DNA of 45,427 nt, from positions 1 through 45,427 of the forward strand of contig CAYQYW010000007.1 of the NCBI GenBank assembly GCA_964421995.1. The letters are read 5' to 3'. Origin of the DNA: an uncultured Candidatus Saccharibacteria bacterium (GTDB taxonomy: Bacteria; Patescibacteriota; Minisyncoccia; Phycocordibacterales; CAYQYW01). A program made the position numbers and the translations under genes. The notes under the pieces are model-generated. The model saw nothing but the letters and a program-made list of their open reading frames with translations, was not told where the DNA came from and made no database searches. The first letter of the stretch is position 1; each line of letters opens with the position of its first letter. Below are positions 37,210 to 45,427 of this stretch, one piece after another.

Positions 37210-38070
37210 ATGAGTAAGAACAATATAAAAAAAGTATTTATACAACTAAACAACAAGCAATTAACAGGTGCTTGTGTAGCAAAATATGCTATAGAAAAAA
37301 ACCTACCTAAAAATACAGAAATTTCTGTTGAAATCTTAAATGTAGACAACTTAGATGTATTTAAGGAGTTTACAAGCACCAGCTACATTTTCTATAAAAA
37401 AGAAGAACGTATTTATACCTTAAATGATCTTCAATCTTTTACGTTGGTAAGATTCATGCCACCCGAACTTATGAGCTATGAGGGCACAGCTATTGTAATT
37501 GACCCTGATGTTTTTTCCTTAGTCGATATTAATGAGCTATTTAATATCGATATGCAAGACAAGGCTATAGCCTGCTGCAAAAAGAAGGACGCTTGGGACT
37601 CTAGTATTATGCTTCTTGATTGTAGTAAATTAAAACATTGGAATATTGAAAATATACTTAATCAGCTTAAAAATAAAAAAATTAAGTATAAAGCTATAAT
37701 GACCCTACAAAATGAGAAATCAATACTTGAGATCCCAAGAATATGGAATAGCTTAGACATACTCAACGAGAAAACAAAGCTTTTACACCTTACGCAACGC
37801 CTTACACAACCATGGAAATCTGGTTTGCAAATAGACTTTACGAGAAATAAAATGCCGAAGTTATTTGGAATAATTCCACGTGAGGTTGTTCACAAAATAT
37901 TAGGAAAATATAACACACACTATTTACCTCACCCCAATAAAGATATAGAAAAATTCTTTTTTTCACTACTAAGAGAAATGCTTCAGAACAAAGTGATAAC
38001 AACTAAATTTCTCCAAGAAGAAATATCAAGAAAACATATACGAAAAGACTCTATAGAACTTATAAGTTAG
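37210..38070 (+). CDS. GT-A glycosyltransferase (GT8-like)
   Basis: QSFTLVRF, DxD motif IDPDVF, SSIMLLDC, WNSLD, LLHLT..TQPW. Confidence 0.7.
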   Translation: MSKNNIKKVFIQLNNKQLTGACVAKYAIEKNLPKNTEISVEILNVDNLDVFKEFTSTSYIFYKKEERIYTLNDLQSFTLVRFMPPELMSYEGTAIVIDPDVFSLVDINELFNIDMQDKAIACCKKKDAWDSSIMLLDCSKLKHWNIENILNQLKNKKIKYKAIMTLQNEKSILEIPRIWNSLDILNEKTKLLHLTQRLTQPWKSGLQIDFTRNKMPKLFGIIPREVVHKILGKYNTHYLPHPNKDIEKFFFSLLREMLQNKVITTKFLQEEISRKHIRKDSIELIS

Positions 38071-38074
38071 CTTT

Positions 38075-39097
38075 CTACTGCAAACGCATTTTTTGTTCTT
38101 TCAAATCAGATTCCACCATTATCTCAATTAGTTCAGAGAAGGTTGTTTTGGGCTCCCACCCAAGCTCCTTCTTTGCTTTTGTATTATCACCGAGCAGGAA
38201 ATCAACTTCATTTGGACGATAAAATTCTTGGTTCACCTTAACAACTACCTTTCCATTCTCGTCTTTTGCAACCTCATTAAGCCCTTCACCTTCCCACATA
38301 ATTTCCATGTCTAGTGCTTTTGCTGTTGCCTCAACGAAATCTCGTACAGAATGACTTTTTTTAGTTGAAATAACATAATCAGCCGGATTATCTCTCTGCA
38401 ACATCATCCACATAGCTTCAACATAATCACCAGCAAAACCCCAATCTCTTTTGGCATTCAAGTTCCCCAACACAACATACTCCTGCAAACCAAGTTTTAC
38501 TTTTACTAATGAGTTTGTGATTTTCTTTGTTACAAAATGTTTACCTCTTTTTGGGGATTCATGATTAAATGAAATACCAGAACATATAAATACACCATCG
38601 CGTTCTCTATAATTTACAACAAAATCATTATGGGCCTTTAATTTTGCCTCTGCATATGGACTAACTGGTTGGAATGGTGAGTTTTCATTTTGAGGAGGGT
38701 TTGTCTTTCCAAACATTTCGCTCGTAGACGCTTGATAAATTCGTACTTTTGGATTTACCCTTAATGCTTCATTTACTATTCTACCAACTCCATAATAATT
38801 AACTTCAAATGTTTCTTCGGGGCACTTAAATGAAATACCAACATCTGACAGTGCAGCGAGATTATATACTTCGTCAGGAACAATTTCTTCCATTACACGT
38901 CTTATACTATTTGTATCCCTTAGATTTCCATATACAATTTTAATTTTACCCTTCGTAACTAAGTCTTGTATACGTTCAAGTGGATCACCACTACTTCTCC
39001 TAAGAAATCCATAAATTTCGTAATCTTTATTCGACAATAATTCTGCGAGATATGACCCATCCTGTCCTGAAATTCCTGTGATTAAAGCTTTTTTCAT
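38075..39097 (-). CDS. gmd: GDP-mannose 4,6-dehydratase
   Basis: ALITGISGQDGSYLAE, YQASTSEMFG, SPYAEAK, FNHESP, RDWGFAGDYV. Start MKKAL at 39097. Confidence 0.97.
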   Translation of the reverse strand: MKKALITGISGQDGSYLAELLSNKDYEIYGFLRRSSGDPLERIQDLVTKGKIKIVYGNLRDTNSIRRVMEEIVPDEVYNLAALSDVGISFKCPEETFEVNYYGVGRIVNEALRVNPKVRIYQASTSEMFGKTNPPQNENSPFQPVSPYAEAKLKAHNDFVVNYRERDGVFICSGISFNHESPKRGKHFVTKKITNSLVKVKLGLQEYVVLGNLNAKRDWGFAGDYVEAMWMMLQRDNPADYVISTKKSHSVRDFVEATAKALDMEIMWEGEGLNEVAKDENGKVVVKVNQEFYRPNEVDFLLGDNTKAKKELGWEPKTTFSELIEIMVESDLKEQKMRLQ

Positions 39098-39132
39098 AAT
39101 TTCGACTATAGCACAAAAAATATACAATTACA

Positions 39133-40281
39133 CTATCCTTTAATCTTTGAAATGAGCTCGTCTATAGCATCTGTAACCTTTTCAACTGATATACTTTCAA
39201 TCTGTTCTCTTGCTTTTTCTTTGCTATATGTGTAGTTCGAAGACCCTGCATACACAAGAACTGCTGTATCACCATTCTGTCTTTTTACTGTATGATGATA
39301 TTCTCCTTTTGGTGGATGTTCATTTTCATCTGTTGGTCCAACAATGGTAATAGTTGCTCGGTTAAAGGCTTCTGCAACATATATAGGAGCGCTATCATTT
39401 GCGATAACAAGATCGGCATTCGATATAAACGCCTTCAATTCATCAATAGTATGATTGAGACAAGAAATAATTCGTGTTCCTTTCTTTAAGTTATTCCCCA
39501 TTTTTTTGAATTCTTCTCTATCACCAGGTCCTCCTAAAATAAAAATTGGAATATTATATTTTTTATAGATATGATCTGCTACCTTTGCAAACCTTTCCGC
39601 AGGCCATTGTTTTATCTTAGTTCCAGCTCCGGGGGCCATTGCAACAATAAAATCTTTACCTGGTTCTATATTCTTCTCTCGAAGAAAATTATCTATGTTT
39701 TTTTCTGCCTCCTTTGAATAAAACAAGTATTTACTACTATTAGTTGAATTAATACCAAGTGGATTAATTAATTTCAAATTTTCATTTGCAAAATTTTGAC
39801 CTGAAACAAAAGGAATCTGTATACATAACTTTTTCAGTAATTTAAATGTTTTAGTTTCAAACTGGGAGTTTTCCGTTGTAAAAACTCCTATTGCGGGAAC
39901 ATTAGATAAATACAATAACGAGAGTTCTAATACTGTTGGTGTAAATAAAAAACCATAGTCAGCATTAATTTCTCTTAAGATTTTCCATAATGAAAAAACT
40001 GAGTTGGGACATTGAATATATTTATCTATATCAGGGTTATACATCAACGTCTCTTCATTTCTTTTACTTCCAATAACAAACATTTTTGTATCAGGCTTTG
40101 CTTCTTTCAAAGCTCGAAAGACCGTAGTTGCAAAAATCATGTCCCCAATATTTTTTGTTAGGTAAATAGCCACGACTCTTTTCAAATTTTCTGGAACTTT
40201 GTTTGCTTTGCCACGCAATGGGCGTATCACTAAAGACAATAAAAAAAGAAATAATATGGTAGTACGTCTGTATTTAATCAT
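39133..40281 (-). CDS. Glycosyltransferase family 9 (heptosyltransferase-like)
   Basis: NIGDMI, PGAGTKIKQWPAERF, IANDSAPIYVAEA, GPT. Confidence 0.88.
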   Translation of the reverse strand: MIKYRRTTILFLFLLSLVIRPLRGKANKVPENLKRVVAIYLTKNIGDMIFATTVFRALKEAKPDTKMFVIGSKRNEETLMYNPDIDKYIQCPNSVFSLWKILREINADYGFLFTPTVLELSLLYLSNVPAIGVFTTENSQFETKTFKLLKKLCIQIPFVSGQNFANENLKLINPLGINSTNSSKYLFYSKEAEKNIDNFLREKNIEPGKDFIVAMAPGAGTKIKQWPAERFAKVADHIYKKYNIPIFILGGPGDREEFKKMGNNLKKGTRIISCLNHTIDELKAFISNADLVIANDSAPIYVAEAFNRATITIVGPTDENEHPPKGEYHHTVKRQNGDTAVLVYAGSSNYTYSKEKAREQIESISVEKVTDAIDELISKIKG

Positions 40282-40316
40282 AATATTTATCCGCTTTAAG
40301 AAAAAATAAACACTTT

Positions 40317-40952
40317 TTATTTTTTCTTAACAACCACATAATACCCACTTGCCATAATCTGTGTTTCTACATTCTCTTTTTTTATATCACCATACTCTTC
40401 CTTAATTAAGAAATTTATATGATTAAAAATATATGCAAGAAAAAACAATTTTAATTTGAGTAGTTTGTTAAATTTTAAATTAGTTTGAAATGCAATTCTT
40501 TGTAATAAAACTCCTATAGTAGAAAAAGTTTCTGTTTCTGGAACAAGTTCAACTACCTCCCAATCTTTAAACAACTCACGTAATCCATATTTTGTGAACC
40601 TCCAATAGTCATTGGGTGCATCATGAACTGGATAGACAAATCTAGTTGTTAAAACCAACATACCTCCTCTATTCAAAACACGATTCATTTCAGAAATAGC
40701 ACGTTTTGGATCTTTTAAATGTTCCAATACCTCTGTACAAAGAACAAATTCAAATTCACCATCCTTAAATGGTAAATTATGTGCATCTGCAACAATATCT
40801 GGCTTACGTAATGGATCAATATCTACAGAAACACGATTTGGAAAATATCTATCATACGAAGAACCACCTGAGCCAATATCTAAGACTCTATCTTTCGTAG
40901 CATATTTTGCTAAAAATAAATTCAATTTTTCTCTTGTTATTTTTCTAAACAT
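40317..40952 (-). CDS. Class I SAM-dependent methyltransferase
   Basis: VLDIGSG, DAHNLPF, EVLEHL, HDAPNDYWRFT. Confidence 0.9.
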   Translation of the reverse strand: MFRKITREKLNLFLAKYATKDRVLDIGSGGSSYDRYFPNRVSVDIDPLRKPDIVADAHNLPFKDGEFEFVLCTEVLEHLKDPKRAISEMNRVLNRGGMLVLTTRFVYPVHDAPNDYWRFTKYGLRELFKDWEVVELVPETETFSTIGVLLQRIAFQTNLKFNKLLKLKLFFLAYIFNHINFLIKEEYGDIKKENVETQIMASGYYVVVKKK

Positions 40953-42028
40953 TTTAATATATTTAGTGCTCTATTCTCCCAAGTATATTGTCTTACATCC
41001 TCCATTGCCTTCTTGCCATCTTTATTTAACGCTTTTTTGATTCCGGTAGCAAGAGCCTTTGGATTATCAGCTTCTACTAAGGTACTATTTACCTCATTTA
41101 ATATCTCTCTAATGCTAGGTAAATCTGATGCAACAATTGCTACCCCACTCGCCATGTATTCAAACAATTTCATGGGTGAAGTGTATAATTTTGAAACATC
41201 CTCTTTAGCAGTATTAGGCAATACCAAAACATCAGCTGTTTTTAGATAATAAGGTATTTCTTTATGAGATTTCCTACCGAGAATTAAAATATTATCCAAA
41301 GTATATTTATTTTTAAATTCATCAATACACTCATCTGTACCTCCAACAAACACGACAAATGTATCTTTACCTAACAGTTCTGCTGATTGTGCTAGGATGC
41401 CAACCCCCTTCCACCCATAAAGATGTCCTGTATACATAACAATTTTCTTATCTTGTGGCAAACCAAGTTTGTCTCTAGACTCCTCCTTACTTAAAGACAC
41501 ATTAAATTCTTTGATATCAACAGCATCAGGAGCTACCAAAATTTTCAAATTATTGATACCTTTACTAAGGTAAAAATTCTTTAGACTTTTTGTTATTACA
41601 ACAACTCTTTTAATTTTTCTTATAAACTTCTTCACAAAAAAATTATAAGTATTTGTATGTGACTCCCAAAATATATTTCTGTGCAAAAAACTTAAAAAAA
41701 TAACCAAGACCTCATCCCGTGAATAAATTATATCTGCTTTGTAAAAAATTGAATAAAGTAGAGCAAATTTCGCAAACGATATGCTTTGAATTAAAAATCC
41801 AATCTTTCCAAAAATAACTAAATCAACACTTGGTAATCTCTTAATTTTAAAATTTTTTGTTACTCCATAATATTCAAATGGATTATCTTTTATATGATTA
41901 AATCTATACGGAACAACAAGTATAACTTCGTGCCCTAAGTCAGCAAAAGCTTCACACATTTTCATTATTTGGATGCCATGTGCTTTTTCAGTAGGCATCC
42001 TTATGTTTGCTATATATAAAATTTTCAT
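40937..42028 (-). CDS. Glycosyltransferase family 4
   Basis: RMPTEKAHG, YTGHL, SPMKLFEYMASG, SDLPSIRE. Confidence 0.92.
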   Translation of the reverse strand: MKILYIANIRMPTEKAHGIQIMKMCEAFADLGHEVILVVPYRFNHIKDNPFEYYGVTKNFKIKRLPSVDLVIFGKIGFLIQSISFAKFALLYSIFYKADIIYSRDEVLVIFLSFLHRNIFWESHTNTYNFFVKKFIRKIKRVVVITKSLKNFYLSKGINNLKILVAPDAVDIKEFNVSLSKEESRDKLGLPQDKKIVMYTGHLYGWKGVGILAQSAELLGKDTFVVFVGGTDECIDEFKNKYTLDNILILGRKSHKEIPYYLKTADVLVLPNTAKEDVSKLYTSPMKLFEYMASGVAIVASDLPSIREILNEVNSTLVEADNPKALATGIKKALNKDGKKAMEDVRQYTWENRALNILKCLEK

Positions 42029-42031
42029 AAC

Positions 42032-42646
42032 TTATTTTTTTCTAAGTATAAAAAAATGATGATATTGATTCTCAAATGGAACAAATTCATTTGTTATAAA
42101 AAAATGTTTTTTTATAACTTTCCTTATTTTATTAGTGGAATATCCTTTTTTCCCAATTTCCCAGTAATGTTCCCCATTAAATACATGTTTTTTATAAAAA
42201 GGTATCTTGAAGGCAAATTTAAATTCTTTTAAAAAAGGTAACTTAAATGCAAGCCTAACTGATGGACCAAAATGTGGCAAACTGATAATAACATCTCTTT
42301 TTGACACTCTGTTGAGTTCAGAAAGGGCTATATCAAATTTATCAAACGGAATATGTTCTAAAATTTCAAAGGCACAAACCAAATCAAACGTATCGTCACC
42401 AAGCGGAATATTCTCAACGTTTCCAACAATATTAGGTTTTAAATCTTCAGCAATATCTAAATTTTTATATTCCATATCTGTATTATTGCAGATATAATTT
42501 TTCAAAACCCCATCACCAACACCAACCTCTAAAAGATTTCTTGGATTTAAATCAATCACCTCTCTTAATTGATAGAAATAACTTGACCATCTGTCGAATC
42601 CACAGTAATTAGTAAACTTATAATGATTCTTATTTACTTGTTTCAT
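42032..42646 (-). CDS. Class I SAM-dependent methyltransferase
   Basis: LEVGVGDG, FDLVCAFEILEHIPF, EHYWEIG. Confidence 0.88.
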   Translation of the reverse strand: MKQVNKNHYKFTNYCGFDRWSSYFYQLREVIDLNPRNLLEVGVGDGVLKNYICNNTDMEYKNLDIAEDLKPNIVGNVENIPLGDDTFDLVCAFEILEHIPFDKFDIALSELNRVSKRDVIISLPHFGPSVRLAFKLPFLKEFKFAFKIPFYKKHVFNGEHYWEIGKKGYSTNKIRKVIKKHFFITNEFVPFENQYHHFFILRKK

Positions 42647-42648
42647 AA

Positions 42649-43689
42649 TTAAAATTCACTAGCTATACGTGCGACAACATTTGCTACACTAAAATTATCA
42701 TCAGTTTGCTGTTTTAAAAATAAACGAATTTTTCCAATATCACCTCGATCATGAATACGTATAAGCTTTTGAGCAAGATCTTTATAATCTTTAAATGTAA
42801 ATATTAAATCATCAGCATACTGAGCAAAATATTCCCTAAACGCCTCATTAGATACAATCGCTGGAGTTTTCGAAGCCATTGACTCAAGAACTGACTTATC
42901 AATACCTCCCGTTGGAGTCATGTTTGTTGAAACAGAAGCATTGCAATAATATGGCAATACTTTATTGTTTGAAACACTCCCAACAAATATGACATTCTTT
43001 TCAAGTTTTAATTCTGCCACCAATTTTTTTAATTCTTTAAAATATTCTTTATCTTCATCTGTAACAGGTGCGCCAACAAAAACTATCTCGACAGGATTAT
43101 CTAATGCATTTTTTACAAGCAAGCCTGCACGAAGCAATGTATCACAATTTTTAATTTTTGTAATTCTTCCAACAGAAACAATCCTAAAAATACTTTTTTG
43201 TTTTTCGTTAGTACAAGTAAATTTATCTAAATCTATACCATGTCCTATTATTTGTAGTTTCTTTGTCTCTAGCCTAAAACTATACTTTGACGCAGAAAAT
43301 ATTACGTATGCAAATTTTTCAGCTATACGAAGTTTCAAATCAACCTGTCTGTGTGTATACCACATCACTATTCGCTTGCCTAAAAGTTTCCATAGCCAAC
43401 CTGCTAATACGACATAGATTGGATTCATATGAACAAATACCGTATTGTATTCTTTTCTTCTACCCCAAACATATGTAAAGAAGTTCCTTATATACCCAAA
43501 CCTTGAAACTCCCTTCTCTTTTCCAAGAGACAACACTTCTATATTGTTTGGTAAATCATACGACCCTTTTTCTAAACAGATAACAATTATATGATCGCAA
43601 TGTTTCGAAAACTCTATAAGCCACCTATGAAAAAAACCTAGTACGACGTCATTGACATCAACTTTCTGTGTAAGTATAAGTACTTTCAT
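42649..43689 (-). CDS. Glycosyltransferase family 4
   Basis: GHGID, VGRITKIK, GGIDKSVLESMAS. Confidence 0.9.
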   Translation of the reverse strand: MKVLILTQKVDVNDVVLGFFHRWLIEFSKHCDHIIVICLEKGSYDLPNNIEVLSLGKEKGVSRFGYIRNFFTYVWGRRKEYNTVFVHMNPIYVVLAGWLWKLLGKRIVMWYTHRQVDLKLRIAEKFAYVIFSASKYSFRLETKKLQIIGHGIDLDKFTCTNEKQKSIFRIVSVGRITKIKNCDTLLRAGLLVKNALDNPVEIVFVGAPVTDEDKEYFKELKKLVAELKLEKNVIFVGSVSNNKVLPYYCNASVSTNMTPTGGIDKSVLESMASKTPAIVSNEAFREYFAQYADDLIFTFKDYKDLAQKLIRIHDRGDIGKIRLFLKQQTDDNFSVANVVARIASEF

Positions 43690-43698
43690 ATAATAAAT

Positions 43699-44193
43699 CT
43701 AATTCCTATCTCCACACACCGTTGCAGGAATATTGTCTTCATGACTGATGACAGATACCTTCTTGCTCTTCAACCTAAAGCTTTCTTTAGATGGTGTATA
43801 TATTTTATGAGCTAGTTTTTCTGCAATACGTAGAATTAAACTTACTTGAGTATGATTATACCAAAGCACGATAGTCTTATTAAATAATCTCCAAAATAAT
43901 CCCGCCATTACGACATACACCGGATTTAAATGCACAAACACAACATCATAATTTTTTCTCTCTTGCCATATATACATATAGAAATTTTTTATGTACATAA
44001 TTTTTGATTGTTGCTTCTCCTTCCCAAGAGACAATACATTTACTTTTCCCTGGAGATTATGAGAAGATTCTTCAAGACAAATCACTGAAACAATTTTGCA
44101 TTCTTTTACAAAATCAAGTATCTGTGCATGAAAAAATCCAAAAATTTCATGATTAGAATCTAATTTTTCAGTTATAATCAGTATATTTTTCAT
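43699..44193 (-). CDS. Stand-alone GT4 N-terminal domain, paralog of the downstream GT4
   Basis: Collinear with the first ~155 aa of 42649..43689 (GFFH, VICLE, VLSLGKEK, VFVHxNP, LRIAEK, SFRL); ends at the interdomain linker. Confidence 0.8.
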   Translation of the reverse strand: MKNILIITEKLDSNHEIFGFFHAQILDFVKECKIVSVICLEESSHNLQGKVNVLSLGKEKQQSKIMYIKNFYMYIWQERKNYDVVFVHLNPVYVVMAGLFWRLFNKTIVLWYNHTQVSLILRIAEKLAHKIYTPSKESFRLKSKKVSVISHEDNIPATVCGDRN

Positions 44194-44194
44194 A

Positions 44195-45037
44195 TTACTT
44201 ATTCTTTAATGCACCATAAACACTTTCTAGTAAGTCCTTGTCTTTATCGCTATCAAGTAATAGTTTAACATTTTTATCACGTAAAGATTTTAAAACCTTT
44301 ATACCTAACTTATCTTCAACACTCTTCTCATAGAGCTGAAGAAAGGCTTCAAAATCTTTAATAAAACAACTGCCACCCGCCCCTCTTCCTTTTTTGTGTA
44401 TAGGATTAAGATATTGACTTGATATCATAGGGTCTGCCTCAAGAGCACCTTGTATAATGTTCCAGTCTAAATCGAGTTTTTTTGCTAAATCATAAAATAA
44501 ATTTGTGTATACAACATTTATAAAACCAAAAGTATTTCTACCATATTTTATCAGTTCAGCTTCCTTCGATGTACAAATAAGATCATAGGGCGCTTTTGGC
44601 AATATTGAAAGTAGCTCTCCTGCTCGTTTTCTATACTCATCCGAATCAATTGGAATACCTATGATATTCCTATCGGGATGAGTTGCATCATATGCAGCAG
44701 TAACTTCACTTAAAAATTCTGGTGAATTTAAAATATAAATGTCAGGGTTGTTTTTTTGTAAAGACTCTGTAGTTCCCGGTAAAATAGTTGATTTTATCAC
44801 AACAGTTGTTCCTGGTATTGGTATTTTCAATACTTCCTGTAATATGCTCGTATCAAATCCATCGGGTGTAGTTGGTGTAGGAACGGCAATAAATACAATA
44901 TTGCACTCACTTAGTTTTTCTTTATTTTCTTTATATGATTCACCTTTTGCAAAACGAACAACATCAAACCCACGCTTTTCAAAATCATCAGCATAATTTT
45001 TTCCAACATATCCCTGACCAATAAAACCAATTTTCAT
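44195..45037 (-). CDS. UDP-glucose/GDP-mannose dehydrogenase family protein (short form)
   Basis: GQGYVG, FIAVPTP, IKST, PEFL, AELIKY, GAGGSCFIKD. Confidence 0.88.
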   Translation of the reverse strand: MKIGFIGQGYVGKNYADDFEKRGFDVVRFAKGESYKENKEKLSECNIVFIAVPTPTTPDGFDTSILQEVLKIPIPGTTVVIKSTILPGTTESLQKNNPDIYILNSPEFLSEVTAAYDATHPDRNIIGIPIDSDEYRKRAGELLSILPKAPYDLICTSKEAELIKYGRNTFGFINVVYTNLFYDLAKKLDLDWNIIQGALEADPMISSQYLNPIHKKGRGAGGSCFIKDFEAFLQLYEKSVEDKLGIKVLKSLRDKNVKLLLDSDKDKDLLESVYGALKNK

Positions 45038-45057
45038 AAAATAAATTGCAATTATTT

Positions 45058-45426
45058 TTAAATATACTTCTCAAACTCCAAAAGACTAGAAACAACTGGA
45101 AAATCCCTATTATTTGCGGTCTTATTTCTATCCATAAGTACAACTGTACTATTTTTACACTTATTTTGCACGTTATATAGATTCTCCGGTAAATCATCAA
45201 GAAACACGATCTTTTCATTATATTTACTTAACACATCTCCTTTTTCATTATTTGTATCAACAAAATATATTTCCTTAAGATAATCCAAAATCCCTGTGTC
45301 TGTAACAACTTTTTTTTGACTACTATATGTAGTTGTTGAAACAAGAATGAGATGTTTATCCTTATATTTTTTAAGAAATGGAATTACATCTGAATACAAA
45401 AATACTGAACCATCATATGGTAAGTC
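45058..45426 (-). CDS. Probable HAD-like hydrolase, 5' end outside the window
   Basis: Frame is open from the window edge (DLPYDGSVFLYSDVIPFL...); LILVS, K and VFLDD resemble HAD motifs II-IV. Confidence 0.6.
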   Translation of the reverse strand, partial: DLPYDGSVFLYSDVIPFLKKYKDKHLILVSTTTYSSQKKVVTDTGILDYLKEIYFVDTNNEKGDVLSKYNEKIVFLDDLPENLYNVQNKCKNSTVVLMDRNKTANNRDFPVVSSLLEFEKYI

Positions 45427-45427
45427 A

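Noticed and set aside
1-45427. Alternative genetic code (TGA=Gly or global TAG readthrough)
   Set aside because: Long genes translate fully in code 11, and TAG terminates ten genes at sensible positions.

Overview
AT-rich bacterial window, standard genetic code. Gene content and protein motifs suggest Patescibacteria/CPR, Parcubacteria-like (inference). There are three zones. (1) 1-19.2 kb is a minus-strand accessory cell-surface locus. It holds two paralogous secreted peptidoglycan-binding/LamG/Ig-like proteins that share a 2.4 kb apparently identical core but differ in signal peptide and in their (GYYYGQ)n tyrosine-repeat tails. It also holds four membrane-anchored Cys/His-rich paralogs with a conserved five-His signature (two fused to Cys-less cupredoxin-like domains), a stand-alone cupredoxin-like protein, an N-terminal-His secreted protein, a 2111-aa HTH-TM-fibre protein and a small HTH-TM paralog. 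My best candidate for an undescribed system is a surface copper-protein module acting on the Tyr-repeat tails (hypothesis). (2) 19.2-26 kb is housekeeping: gatB, obg, a holin-family membrane protein, secA, a histone H1-like protein and murB. (3) 26-45.4 kb is a surface-glycan cluster: O-antigen-ligase/TPR, flippase, kpsF, asnB-like, sugar methyltransferases, gmd, glycosyltransferases and ugd-like, including a TylF-family gene interrupted by an in-frame TAG. I found no tRNA, rRNA, CRISPR or transposase. All family calls come from motif recognition by eye; no searches were run.
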